Positions 1-8,776 of a DNA stretch of 64,000 nucleotides are shown in pieces. Both the position numbers and the translations under genes were made by a program. Below the pieces are notes generated by a model. The model saw only the letters and a list, made by a program, of their open reading frames with translations, searched no databases and was not told the origin of the DNA. This stretch comes from an uncultured Pseudomonadota bacterium (GTDB lineage: Bacteria > Pseudomonadota > Alphaproteobacteria > JACZXZ01). Every line of letters begins with the position of its first letter. Within the stretch, counting starts at the first letter, position 1. Location of the stretch: contig CAVVLJ010000016.1 of NCBI GenBank assembly GCA_963749075.1, positions 512,001-576,000 on the forward strand, read 5' to 3'.

Positions 1-393
1 TCCTACGACTGCGACAGCGCCAATGACTGGACGTACAACTCCGGGACCATCCGCGCCGCCGATGCCGGCACGCTGACCCAGCGCATCACCTGGATCGACG
101 GGCTGCAGCGCTCAGCCGTGATCGCCAGCTACTCCGACTACATGTGGATGGCGTCCGGGATATCCGCCAACATCGGCATCGGGCTCAATTCGACCACGAG
201 CACCACCGCGTGGATGAATTCCTGCGGCTCCGGCAGCACCTCGCAGAATTGCTCAATCACATCGCCCTTAGGATCGGCGCCGCTTCTCGGCTTGAACTTC
301 GTCTCGGCGAACGAGAAGGCCGGGGACGGAACCGTCAATTTCGCGGGCGCGGGCTATGGCGGAAGCGGCTTCGTTTTCAATGCGGAGATGTAG
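1..393 (+). CDS. C-terminal part of a phage tail fibre-like protein (5' end outside window)
   Basis: Frame open from base 1 (SYDCDSANDWTYNSGTIRAADAG...FVFNAEM*). Ser/Thr/Gly-rich, and directly followed by a chaperone-like gene. Confidence 0.5.
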   Translation, partial: SYDCDSANDWTYNSGTIRAADAGTLTQRITWIDGLQRSAVIASYSDYMWMASGISANIGIGLNSTTSTTAWMNSCGSGSTSQNCSITSPLGSAPLLGLNFVSANEKAGDGTVNFAGAGYGGSGFVFNAEM

Positions 394-397
394 GACC

Positions 398-1003
398 ATG
401 CGTGTCGCCAAACTGCTCGCCATTGGTCTTCTCCTCATCGCCGGCCCCGTGCGCGCCCAGGCACCGCCGCAACTCGGCAGCGCTGTGGACAGTGCCGTAA
501 AGGCGGCCTGCGGCAACTGCACCGTCGGCGTCTCGATCGGCAACCCGTCAGACGAGACGACATGGCGGCTTGACTTCGCTGCCGGCGCGACCGCGGCCCA
601 ACAGGCGCAAGCCGCTGCGGCAATAGCAGCACTTACGCCAGCGCAGTGGCAGGCGCGCGCGCAGGCTCCGCTGCTTCTCGCGGCGGCGCTCGCGGCCGGC
701 TGCCAGATCTCCTCGAGCTCGACGCCGGCGCTCAACGGCACCTATGCGATCGACCCGGCGAGCCAGCAGCAGGTGGCGGCGATCTCGCTCTACATCCAGG
801 TCAACGGCAAGTTCCCGGCCGGAGAGACGGCACTCGCCTGGCCCGATGCGAGCGGCGTCACGCACAGCTTCCCGGCCATGGCGAGCTTCCAGGCCTTCGC
901 GACCGCACTCGGGGATTATGTGACGGCGCTCGCCCTCGCCTATCAGGCAACGCTCGCCGGGAGCGCCTGGTCGCCGCCGGCAATGCCGGTTGTTATTCCT
1001 TGA
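398..1003 (+). CDS. DUF4376-like tail fibre assembly protein with apparent N-terminal signal peptide
   Basis: ATG at 398, just after the previous stop. N-terminus MRVAKLLAIGLLLIAGPVRA-QA. C-terminal ALNGTYAIDPASQQQVAAISLYIQVNGKFP...WPDASG resembles phage DUF4376-type proteins. Confidence 0.55.
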   Translation: MRVAKLLAIGLLLIAGPVRAQAPPQLGSAVDSAVKAACGNCTVGVSIGNPSDETTWRLDFAAGATAAQQAQAAAAIAALTPAQWQARAQAPLLLAAALAAGCQISSSSTPALNGTYAIDPASQQQVAAISLYIQVNGKFPAGETALAWPDASGVTHSFPAMASFQAFATALGDYVTALALAYQATLAGSAWSPPAMPVVIP

Positions 1004-1010
1004 TTTTATG

Positions 1011-1038
1011 TTGCGAAAACCTCCGGTTGTGGTACTCT
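1011..1038 (+). promoter_or_regulatory. Candidate sigma70 promoter for the MTase-GT2 insert
   Basis: TTGCGA (1011-1016), 16-bp spacer, TG-n-TACTCT extended -10 (1033-1038), in a locally AT-rich intergenic stretch. Confidence 0.4.
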
Positions 1039-1069
1039 TGCGGAGGCGTCGCGCCCGGGGAGACTCTCC

Positions 1070-1657
1070 GTGTCCTATCGCGGGATGGAAATGGCCAAAA
1101 TCGCCGAGGAATCGCACCTCGGCGGCAACGTCTGGGTCGGCGACGCCTACACCTTCTGCCCTGCGGTATGGACTTACGTCGTACGAAGATTCTGCATCTT
1201 GAGCGTGCTGGATTTGGGGAGCGGCATGGGACACGCGAGCCGCTTCTTTCACGGCCAGGGGCTCATGACGGTGGCGGTGGACGGGCTCTCGGCGAACGTG
1301 GAGAAGGCGCTCTTCCCCACGGTGCAGCACGACATCGCGAAGGCACCCTTCGTCACCAAGGTCGATCTCGTGCATTGCCAGGAAGTCGTGGAGCACATCG
1401 AGCCGGAGTTCGTCGACAACCTCCTACGGTCGCTGATGGTCGGGCGCATCATCATGATGACGCACGCCTTGCCCGGCCAGGGCGGCTATCACCATGTCAA
1501 CCTGCAGCCCTCGGATTACTGGATCGCTCATATGGCGCACCGCGGTTGCCAGCTTCTCGAGGAGGATACCCGGCGGATCCGCGAGATGGCGCACGCGGAG
1601 GGCGCGAGATATGTCGCGGCATCCGGCCTGCTCTTCGTGAACGAAGCCCACGTCTAG
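1070..1657 (+). CDS. Class I SAM-dependent methyltransferase
   Basis: SAM-binding motif VLDLGSGMG; DLVHCQEVVEHI; GQGGYHHVN. Confidence 0.8.
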   Translation: MSYRGMEMAKIAEESHLGGNVWVGDAYTFCPAVWTYVVRRFCILSVLDLGSGMGHASRFFHGQGLMTVAVDGLSANVEKALFPTVQHDIAKAPFVTKVDLVHCQEVVEHIEPEFVDNLLRSLMVGRIIMMTHALPGQGGYHHVNLQPSDYWIAHMAHRGCQLLEEDTRRIREMAHAEGARYVAASGLLFVNEAHV

Positions 1658-1667
1658 AAGGCCGCCA

Positions 1668-2306
1668 TTGGAGCCCAACGTCACCGTCGTCATCACATCC
1701 TGCGGCCGCTACGACTTGCTTGAGCAGACACTGCGGAGCTTCCGCATCTTCAACACGGATCAGGGTGTCGCGCGTATGCTCGTGGTGGAGGACGGGGATG
1801 GTGAGCCGCGCGAGATCTGCGAGCGCTACCGTGCGGAGCTGATGCGCGTCGGCGAGCAAGTCGGCCAGGCGGCGGCAATCGATCGCGCCTATCGGACGGT
1901 CGGCACGCCATACGTCTTTCACTGCGAGGATGACTGGGAATTCTATCGGGAGGAATTCATCGAGAGAAGCCGTCGCGTTCTCGAGATCGACAAGTCCTGT
2001 GTCTGCGTGTGGCTCAGGGCGTGGGATGATCTGAACGGGCATCCTCTGTCGTTCGCCTCGCGCTGCCGCTCCTTTGGCGTCCTCGCCTACGGCTATCTTG
2101 AGAGGTGGCACGGCTTCACGTGGAATCCAGGCCTCCGTCGCCTCTCGGACTATCTGCAGATCGAATCCTTCGCACGCTTTGCCCGCGACGGCCACGAGGC
2201 CGAGGGCGGGGCGAATGAGGAATATCGCAAGTTGGGCTACCGCGCCGTCATCCTCGATGAGACGGGCTATGTTCGCCACATCGGCTACGGTCGCACGGTC
2301 AGGTAG
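1668..2306 (+). CDS. Glycosyltransferase family 2 (GT-A fold)
   Basis: VTVVITSCGRYDLLEQTLRSF N-terminus; YVFHCEDDWEF (DxD-like); C-terminal VRHIG. Confidence 0.8.
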   Translation: MEPNVTVVITSCGRYDLLEQTLRSFRIFNTDQGVARMLVVEDGDGEPREICERYRAELMRVGEQVGQAAAIDRAYRTVGTPYVFHCEDDWEFYREEFIERSRRVLEIDKSCVCVWLRAWDDLNGHPLSFASRCRSFGVLAYGYLERWHGFTWNPGLRRLSDYLQIESFARFARDGHEAEGGANEEYRKLGYRAVILDETGYVRHIGYGRTVR

Positions 2307-2329
2307 GCAAGTCGATCCATTGCGTGCCC

Positions 2330-2352
2330 AGGCCGCCCTGCGCGGCCTTTTT
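2330..2352 (+). terminator. Intrinsic terminator after the GT2 gene
   Basis: AGGCCGC-cctgc-GCGGCCT stem-loop followed by TTTT. Confidence 0.65.
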
Positions 2353-2461
2353 GCCGTCCGCGCTCAACGATAGCTGCCGCCTCGGGCAGAGCCGAAGCGC
2401 CGCCGGAGCAGAAGTCGAACGAGGGCCGCCATCGTGCGGCCCGTCTTATTTCGGAGACCCC

Positions 2462-4034
2462 ATGGACCGCGTGATCGTCTATCCGGGCGCCATTCCGCTC
2501 GAGACCGACCTCTTGAACACGAACCGCAACGTGCTGGTGGCGCTCGCCAAGCTGGCCCAGGCGGTATGGGGCACGAGCTCGAGCACGACGCCCTTCGCCC
2601 ACGGACTCGCCTGCGCGCCGACGAGCCCGGCCTCGCTCTCGGTCACCGTGGCGCCCGGCCAGAATCTATGCGGTCGAGGACCTGGATGCCGCCGCCTACA
2701 GCTCGCTCGCGGCCGACACCAGCGACCTCATCCTCAAGCAGGGCGTCATCCTGTCTTCGACGACCTTCACCCTGACCCCGCCGGCGGGCGCCGGCCAGTC
2801 GGTCGTCTATTTGATCGAGGCGGCCTTCGAGGAAGTGGACGGCGGTGCCGTCACCTTGCCCTACTACAACGCCTCCAATCCGGCGCAGGCCTATGCCGGG
2901 CCGAACAATTCCGGCGTTGCGCAAAATACCGTGCGCCAGGGCCAATGCGTGCTGCAGCTCAAGGAGGGCATCGCCGCCAACACGGGCACGCAGGCGGCAC
3001 CCGCCGCCGATCCCGGCTTTCTCCCGCTGTGGACCGTCACGGTCGCGAACGGCCAGACGCAGATCGCCTCACCGAATATCGCCGAGGCGGGCGGGGCTGC
3101 CTTCCTCGCCGGGCTCCTCAATTCCCACCACGGCGGCATTGCCGGAGAGGCGCCCAAGATCCAGCTCTCCGCCTCGGCCGAGGTGCAGGGCGTCCTGCCG
3201 CTCGCCAACCTGCCGGCCTCGGACTCCTCGTCGGCCGCCTACGGCCTGCCGGCCATGACGCTCATCAACGGCAATCCAAATGGCGCCAAGAGCGGCAACT
3301 GCAACGTCAATAATGCATCGGATCTGTGCTTCGACCTGACCAACGGCATCCTTTACGTCTGCGCCCAGACGGGCGGCACCACGACGGCCGTGTGGCGGCG
3401 TCTCACCGGCTTCAACGGACGACAGGTCTACGGCCAAGGTACTTACAGCTTCACCGTGCCGGCCGGCGTCTACACCATCTTCGGTCGCGTGTGGGGTGCC
3501 GGCGGCGGCGGCGGAGGTGCGAATAACAGCAACTTCGGGGATGGCGGCGGCGGCGGCGGCTACGCCGAGGGCTGGTTCTCGGTCACGCCCGGCCAGGTCA
3601 TCACGATCATCGTCGGCGCGGGCGGCGCCGCCGGCTACACGACCGGCGGCAATGGCGGCAATGGCGGCAGCTCGAGCATCGGCTCCTACATGTCGGCGAC
3701 CGGCGGCCTCGGTGGTCCCGGCGATATGTCGGCCGTGTCGACAGGCTCCTTCGCGGTGCCCGCCGGCGGAACGGGCTACGGCGGCGATGAGGAAATGGTG
3801 GGTGGCACGGGCGGCGTGACGATTGGTAGCTACGGCGCTCCCGGCGTCGTGCCGGGCGATGGCGGCGGCGCGCCAAAAGGCGGCCAAGGTGGGACGGCTG
3901 CTTGGAATCAGGAGGGCCAAAACGGCGTGCGACCCGGCGGCGGCGGAGCGGGCGGTGCTGCCGATTACTACAACGGCGGCAGCCCCAACCAAGGCGGCAA
4001 CGGCGCCGACGGCCTTGTCGAGCTCATGTGGTGA
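2462..4034 (+). CDS. Phage tail fibre protein with C-terminal glycine-rich domain (+1 frameshift at about 2663, probably a sequencing error)
   Basis: MDRVIVYPGAIPLETDLLNTNRN N-terminus. Removing one A in AGAATCT (2661-2667) joins PGQ to IYAVEDLD and the 2811-4034 frame. C-terminus has FTVPAGVYTI...WGAGGGGG...GADGLVELMW. Confidence 0.75.
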
Positions 4035-4037
4035 TCC

Positions 4038-4745
4038 ATGGCAAATAAAATCTACGCACGGATCGCGGCCGGAGTGGTCGCCGAGATCGTCACCCTCGAC
4101 GCCGGCATCAACATCGCGAGCGCGTTCCACGCCTCGCTCGCCTTCGTCGAGATCACCAGTCTCTCGCCGCAGCCGGCGGTCGGTTGGACGTACAACGGGA
4201 GCGCCTTTGCGGCTCCGGTGCCGACGCTCGCGGTGGCGCAGGACCTCGCAAATGCAGCCCTCATCGCCGCCTGCGCGAACGCGATCGCGGCCGGCTGCCT
4301 CTCCTCGGCGCTCGGCTCGCCGCACACCTATCCGACCGGCCAGACGGATCAAGCGAACCTCACCGCGAGTGCCGTCGATGCTCAGCGCGTGCCGGCGTCC
4401 TGGCAGGCATCCACCGCCTACACAGTGGGCCAGGACGTGATGGCAGGCGCCGTGCGGCTCATCTGCACTGCGCCGGGCACGTCAGGTGCGACCGTGCCGA
4501 GCGGGCCGGGCGCTGACGCCAGCGTCACCTGGGCGGCGTGGACGACGCCGGTCATGTGCGCCTCGGGCGATCCCACGGTCGCGGCCAACTGGTCGTTGGC
4601 ACCCCACAGCGCGGCGCAGGTCGAGCAGGCGGGCGCCGACGTGAAGGCCATGATCGTGGCGGCGCGCACGAAGCTCGCCCAGCTCAAGGCGCAGCTCGCC
4701 GCGGCCATGACCGCCGCCGCGGCTCAAGCGGTGGTGTGGTCGTGA
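4038..4745 (+). CDS. Tail fibre assembly/chaperone-like protein
   Basis: YARIAAGVVAEI...PQPAVGWTYNGSAFAAP; SSALGSPHTYPT...DQANL. Starts 3 bp after the fibre stop. Confidence 0.65.
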   Translation: MANKIYARIAAGVVAEIVTLDAGINIASAFHASLAFVEITSLSPQPAVGWTYNGSAFAAPVPTLAVAQDLANAALIAACANAIAAGCLSSALGSPHTYPTGQTDQANLTASAVDAQRVPASWQASTAYTVGQDVMAGAVRLICTAPGTSGATVPSGPGADASVTWAAWTTPVMCASGDPTVAANWSLAPHSAAQVEQAGADVKAMIVAARTKLAQLKAQLAAAMTAAAAQAVVWS

Positions 4746-4787
4746 GACGGCAATGCTCCGAGAGGCGCCTCAAAGGAGGCTCGCGCG

Positions 4788-5033
4788 ATGCTGGAAGCTA
4801 ACGGCATCCAGCGCGACCTCGGGCGCCACGAGGCCGAACTCCAGGCGCTGAGCCGCTTCATCGAGAAGATCGAGGAGACCCAGGAGGACCAGATGCGCGC
4901 GATCGACGCCATCAACCGCACGCTCGCGGAGGCGCGCGGAGGATGGCGCACGCTCCTTCTTGTCTGCGGCGCCTCGGGGGCGGTGGGAGCCGCCATGTGG
5001 AAGCTGCTCGCGCTTCTCGGCTACGTGCGCTGA
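4788..5033 (+). CDS. Small coiled-coil + C-terminal TM protein (holin/antiholin-like)
   Basis: RBS AGGAGG, charged N-terminal helix, hydrophobic C-terminus, directly upstream of the putative endolysin. Confidence 0.5.
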   Translation: MLEANGIQRDLGRHEAELQALSRFIEKIEETQEDQMRAIDAINRTLAEARGGWRTLLLVCGASGAVGAAMWKLLALLGYVR

Positions 5034-5065
5034 GCGGTGCCGACGCGGATAAGGGCTCGATCGCC

Positions 5066-5476
5066 ATGGCGACACCACGCGGCATCCGCAACAATAATCC
5101 GGGCAACCTGCGCCGCTCGGCCGACCGCTGGGCGGGCCTGGCGGAAATCCAGGTCGACGCCGAGTTCCTGCAGTTCGCGGAGCCGGTCTTCGGACTGCGG
5201 GCGCTGGCGCGCACCCTCTATAATTACCAGGCTAAGCATCGTCTCGGAACCATCCGCGCCGTCGTGTCGCGCTTTGCGCCGGCGAGCGAGAACGACACGG
5301 CGGCCTATGCGGCCGCCGTCTCGGCCGACATGCGCGCCTCGGCCGACGAGCCCGTCGATCTCGCCGACCCGGAGGAGCTCGCCGCACTCGTCAAGGCGAT
5401 CGTGCGCCACGAGAACGGCGAGCAGCCCTATTCCGACGATCTCGTCGACCAGGCGGTCAAGCGCGCGCTCGCCTGA
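5066..5476 (+). CDS. Lysozyme-like phage protein (structural protein P5-like), putative endolysin
   Basis: RGIRNNNPGNLR...F..P..GLRA...TIRAVVSRFAPASENDTAAY...AIVRHENG signature; lies in lysis-cassette position. Confidence 0.7.
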   Translation: MATPRGIRNNNPGNLRRSADRWAGLAEIQVDAEFLQFAEPVFGLRALARTLYNYQAKHRLGTIRAVVSRFAPASENDTAAYAAAVSADMRASADEPVDLADPEELAALVKAIVRHENGEQPYSDDLVDQAVKRALA

Positions 5477-5498
5477 GCGCACCCGGTCCGGTTCCCCC

Positions 5499-6146
5499 AT
5501 GACCCAGCTCGATGCATCGCCGTCTGCACGCGCGGCCGCGGCGGCCGTGCTTGCCGAGGCGGCCTACCGCGAGGCCCCGAGCTACCGCTGGCAGGACGTG
5601 CACGCTCTGCGCAGCGATGCCTGGGGAGCGCCGCTCATCGCCTTCCGCGGCACGACGCGCGATCTCGAGGACTGGCTCCGCGACCTCGAGGCGTGGCCCG
5701 AGCGCTGCCCGCAGCTCGGCTGGTGCCACGCGGGCTTTCTCAAGGGCGCGCGCCAGATCGAGCGCGCGCTCTGGCTCGAGTTCGTACGCAGCGGCGCGCG
5801 GCCGGTGCTCGCCGGGCATTCGCTTGGCGGCGCCCTGGCGCTCCTCACGGGCGCCCTCCTCGCGGCGCACGGAGTAATGCCCCGCGCGATCGTCACCTTC
5901 GGAGCGCCGCGCGCGGGCTTCGCCAAGCTGCGCCGCGTGCTGCGCGCGGTCGCGGTCGAGCAGTACCGCTTCGGCGAAGACGTTGTGCCGACCGTGCCGT
6001 GGGCGCTCTGGCCGCTCCTGCGCTACGCGCACGTGCGGGCGCCCACGCCCGTCGGCACCAGCACGGGCGACGCGCTCGCCGACCATCACATCGCCAATTA
6101 CGTCCGCGTCCTTGGCGCCACGCGCGCCGCCGCGGACGGCGACTAG
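5499..6146 (+). CDS. Class 3 lipase (alpha/beta hydrolase)
   Basis: IAFRGT, HAGF, GHSLGG nucleophile elbow, VTFGAPR, DVVPTVP, C-terminal DHHIANY (Ser-Asp-His triad). Confidence 0.85.
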   Translation: MTQLDASPSARAAAAAVLAEAAYREAPSYRWQDVHALRSDAWGAPLIAFRGTTRDLEDWLRDLEAWPERCPQLGWCHAGFLKGARQIERALWLEFVRSGARPVLAGHSLGGALALLTGALLAAHGVMPRAIVTFGAPRAGFAKLRRVLRAVAVEQYRFGEDVVPTVPWALWPLLRYAHVRAPTPVGTSTGDALADHHIANYVRVLGATRAAADGD

Positions 6147-6177
6147 CAGCAATCGCCTCTCGGAAGGAGCACTCGTC

Positions 6178-6432
6178 ATGAGCATCGATGCACTGCTCGC
6201 CCCTCTCGTAGCAGCCCTCGTCGGCGTGCCGCTGGCCGGGCGCTATCTCGCCTATCTGCCGCAGGCGCTCGCCGTCGCCTCGGCCGTCATCGGCTGCGCC
6301 TCGGCCATCGCCGCGGTGGTGCCGCATCCCGCCAACCTCGACGGCTGGCTCGGCAAGGCGCGCACGCTGCTCAACTGGCTCGCCCTCAACGTCGGCCAGG
6401 CCAAACCCGCCGCGACGCAATCTCGCGAATAG
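6178..6432 (+). CDS. Small membrane protein (holin-like)
   Basis: RBS AAGGAG; 84 aa, mostly hydrophobic; ends LNWLALNVGQAK. Confidence 0.55.
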   Translation: MSIDALLAPLVAALVGVPLAGRYLAYLPQALAVASAVIGCASAIAAVVPHPANLDGWLGKARTLLNWLALNVGQAKPAATQSRE

Positions 6433-6452
6433 ATCGATAGAAGGAGCATGCC

Positions 6453-6761
6453 ATGACACGTCCATTGCTCAAGTCCCTCGCGCTGGCCGCAGCACTCGCG
6501 CTCGCGGCGTGCGGCAGCGCGCAGCAGGACATCGCTGCGGCCTGCACGGCGCTCACGGCCGGCGACCAGGTCTTCCAGGATTTCGCCACGGCCGGCAAGG
6601 CAAGTGCGGCCGACCAGAAGGCCGAGGCCGAGGCGATGGCCGGCGTGAAGGTCCTCTGCACGCCGCCCTATCCGCAGGACACCGCCGGCGCGGTCGCCGA
6701 GGTGGTGAGCGCCACGGCCGCGGTCGCGGCACTCGCCGCCAACTACAAGAGCGGCCAATGA
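6453..6761 (+). CDS. Small lipoprotein
   Basis: RBS AAGGAG; lipobox LAA-C; Ala-rich helical mature part with two further Cys. Confidence 0.7.
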   Translation: MTRPLLKSLALAAALALAACGSAQQDIAAACTALTAGDQVFQDFATAGKASAADQKAEAEAMAGVKVLCTPPYPQDTAGAVAEVVSATAAVAALAANYKSGQ

Positions 6762-6988
6762 CTGCCTATGCCCTCATCGCCGCCGGCCTGCTGCTCGCCA
6801 TTTTCGTCGCCTGGTACGCCTTCCGTCAGGCGCGGCAGGCAGGCTCCGCCGAGGAACAGGCGGCGCTCAGCGCCGACCAGCTCGAGTCCACCAAGGAGAA
6901 GCTCGATGCCGCAGAGGATGCGAGCCTGCGCGCTGCTGGCGATTCTGGCTATGCTGAGCGGTTGCGCCAGCGCTATACCCAGCGTTGA
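6758..6988 (+). CDS. Putative inner-membrane spanin (Rz-like)
   Basis: ATGA overlap with previous gene; N-terminal TM (ALIAAGLLLAIFVAWYAF) plus coiled coil; overlaps a lipoprotein gene in another frame. Confidence 0.65.
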   Translation: MTAYALIAAGLLLAIFVAWYAFRQARQAGSAEEQAALSADQLESTKEKLDAAEDASLRAAGDSGYAERLRQRYTQR

Positions 6989-7121
6989 CGGCTGCCTCGA
7001 GTTCCGCCCGATCACGCCCACGGCCGACGACTGGAAGAGCCTCAGCCGCTCGCTCGCGCGCCAGATCATCGACCACGATGCGCGCTACGACCGCCTCTGC
7101 GCCAAGGAGCCCGTGAAGTGA
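6918..7121 (+). CDS. Putative outer-membrane spanin (Rz1-like lipoprotein)
   Basis: MRACALLAILAMLSG-C lipobox; short Cys-containing mature region; starts inside the Rz-like gene. Confidence 0.65.
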   Translation: MRACALLAILAMLSGCASAIPSVDGCLEFRPITPTADDWKSLSRSLARQIIDHDARYDRLCAKEPVK

Positions 7122-7162
7122 GCTAGCGCCGCCCGTCCGCCCGATAGACGACCCCCGACGTC

Positions 7163-7191
7163 GCCCGCGCCCTTCGGGGCGCGGGCTTTTT
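7163..7191 (+). terminator. Strong intrinsic terminator closing the phage-like operon
   Basis: Perfect 10-bp stem GCCCGCGCCC-TTCG-GGGCGCGGGC followed by TTTTT. Confidence 0.85.
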
Positions 7192-7332
7192 GCGTGTCCG
7201 GATGCCGCGCACCCTTGCCAGGCGCTGCGCCTTGCCGTCGCGGCCGGCAGGGTGCATCCTCGGGCTGAGAGCCACGGCCGGCCGGCGATTGCCGGGCGAG
7301 ATCCGACGCCGGCCGGGGAAGGAGTGCTGGGA

Positions 7333-7773
7333 ATGCCGATCGATCCGAAGGACGTCGCGGAGGCCTTCAAGGCCAGGCTCACGCAAGTGCGTGTCGATAA
7401 GACGGCGGCGCCGATGACCGAATTGGAGCTTGTCCAGGACGCCGAGCGGACATTCGCCGATCTCTGGGCGGTCCTGACCGGCATCAACAGCGCGGTGCGC
7501 GAGAAATTCGGCGTCGACGCCGGCATCACCTATCGCTTGAGCCACCTCGATCTCAAGCAGAGAGCGGTCGTCGGAGAGATCGCCGGGACGAAGCCGCTGC
7601 GTCAGCCGTTCCGCCAGACCTTCAAGATTCAGAACGGCCGCATTTGGATGAAGGCATTTCTTTATGACGACGGCAGACGAGGGGCGAAGCGCTACGACTA
7701 CGCGCCCGGCGAGAATCTCGACAAGCTGATCGATCGCCTCATCGAGACGCTGACGATTTATTTCGGCCTCTGA
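7333..7773 (+). CDS. Hypothetical protein
   Basis: RBS AAGGAG upstream of ATG 7333; globular-looking composition; no recognised motif. Confidence 0.6.
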   Translation: MPIDPKDVAEAFKARLTQVRVDKTAAPMTELELVQDAERTFADLWAVLTGINSAVREKFGVDAGITYRLSHLDLKQRAVVGEIAGTKPLRQPFRQTFKIQNGRIWMKAFLYDDGRRGAKRYDYAPGENLDKLIDRLIETLTIYFGL

Positions 7774-7798
7774 GCGCCCCCCGGCATGCCGCTGCCGC

Positions 7799-8776
7799 CT
7801 ATAGATGGAACAGGCGCCTGGCCGTCTCGCCGAGGATCGCCCTTCGCTCGGCTTGGCTGAGCGTTGCGCCCTCGACCACCTCTGTAGGCGCCTCGTCGCC
7901 GATCGGGAAGGGGTGGTCGGAGCCGAGCAGCAGCTTGTCCGCGCCGGCGAGATCGCAGAGGAATTCGAGCGCCCGCGGGTCGAACAGCACGGTGTCGAAA
8001 TAGAGCCGGCGGAAGCCGTCGAGCGCTTGGGCATATTGCCCCGGGTGGATGGCGTTGTTGCGCTGGAGGCGCCCGAGGGCGTAGGGGAGGGCGCCGCCGC
8101 CGTGGGAGACGATGAGATTGGCGCCCGCATATCTCTCGAGATGGCCCGAGTAAAGCAGCCGCGCCACCGCGATGCTGGTATCGGCCAGCCGGCCGACCGC
8201 GTTCAAGAGATCGTAGGCGTCGAGCCGGTCGTCGCCGCAGAGGAACATGGGATGGATGAAGACGGCGCACCGGTGCGCCGAGGCCGCCTCCCAGAACGGG
8301 TTGAGGTCGGGATCGTCGAGCACGCCGCCGGCACCCTTGGGCTGGGTCCCGATCATGACGCCCTTGAAACCCCGGGCGAGCGCCTCCTCGAGCAGGCGCG
8401 CAGCAGCCTCGCCGCTCTGCAGCGGCACCGAGGCCAGCGCGCTCAGCGCGGGAAATCTGCCGGCATCGGAGAGCATGGCCTCGTTCATGAAGCGGCACCA
8501 GTCGGCACCCTCGTCCGGCGGCAGCTCGTAGCCGAAAATGTCGAGCCAGCCGCCGGCCACCTGGCGGTCGATCTTCTGCTTGGCCAGCCACTCCCGCCGC
8601 TGCTCGAGATCGATGAGCTTGGGCGAGACGGGCCGGGTCGGCTTGCCGCCGGCAAAGGCGAGCCGCGCGCCGCCGCCTTCCCGCGTCAGCTTGACCGAGG
8701 GGAAGAGCCGGCGCTGTGCCGCCAGGGCATCGAGGAACGCGGCCGGCACGAAATGGGCGTGGGCATCGACGATCAT
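7799..8776 (-). CDS. Amidohydrolase_2 family protein (ACMSD-like decarboxylase/hydratase)
   Basis: IVDAHAH, FIHP, SHGGG, LYFDTV, LLLGSDHPF. Confidence 0.85.
   Translation of the reverse strand: MIVDAHAHFVPAAFLDALAAQRRLFPSVKLTREGGGARLAFAGGKPTRPVSPKLIDLEQRREWLAKQKIDRQVAGGWLDIFGYELPPDEGADWCRFMNEAMLSDAGRFPALSALASVPLQSGEAAARLLEEALARGFKGVMIGTQPKGAGGVLDDPDLNPFWEAASAHRCAVFIHPMFLCGDDRLDAYDLLNAVGRLADTSIAVARLLYSGHLERYAGANLIVSHGGGALPYALGRLQRNNAIHPGQYAQALDGFRRLYFDTVLFDPRALEFLCDLAGADKLLLGSDHPFPIGDEAPTEVVEGATLSQAERRAILGETARRLFHL

Noticed and set aside
2650-2675. Programmed ribosomal frameshift in the tail gene
   Set aside because: No slippery heptamer, not a tail assembly chaperone G/GT-type gene, and it fits the window-wide GA-to-GAA error pattern.
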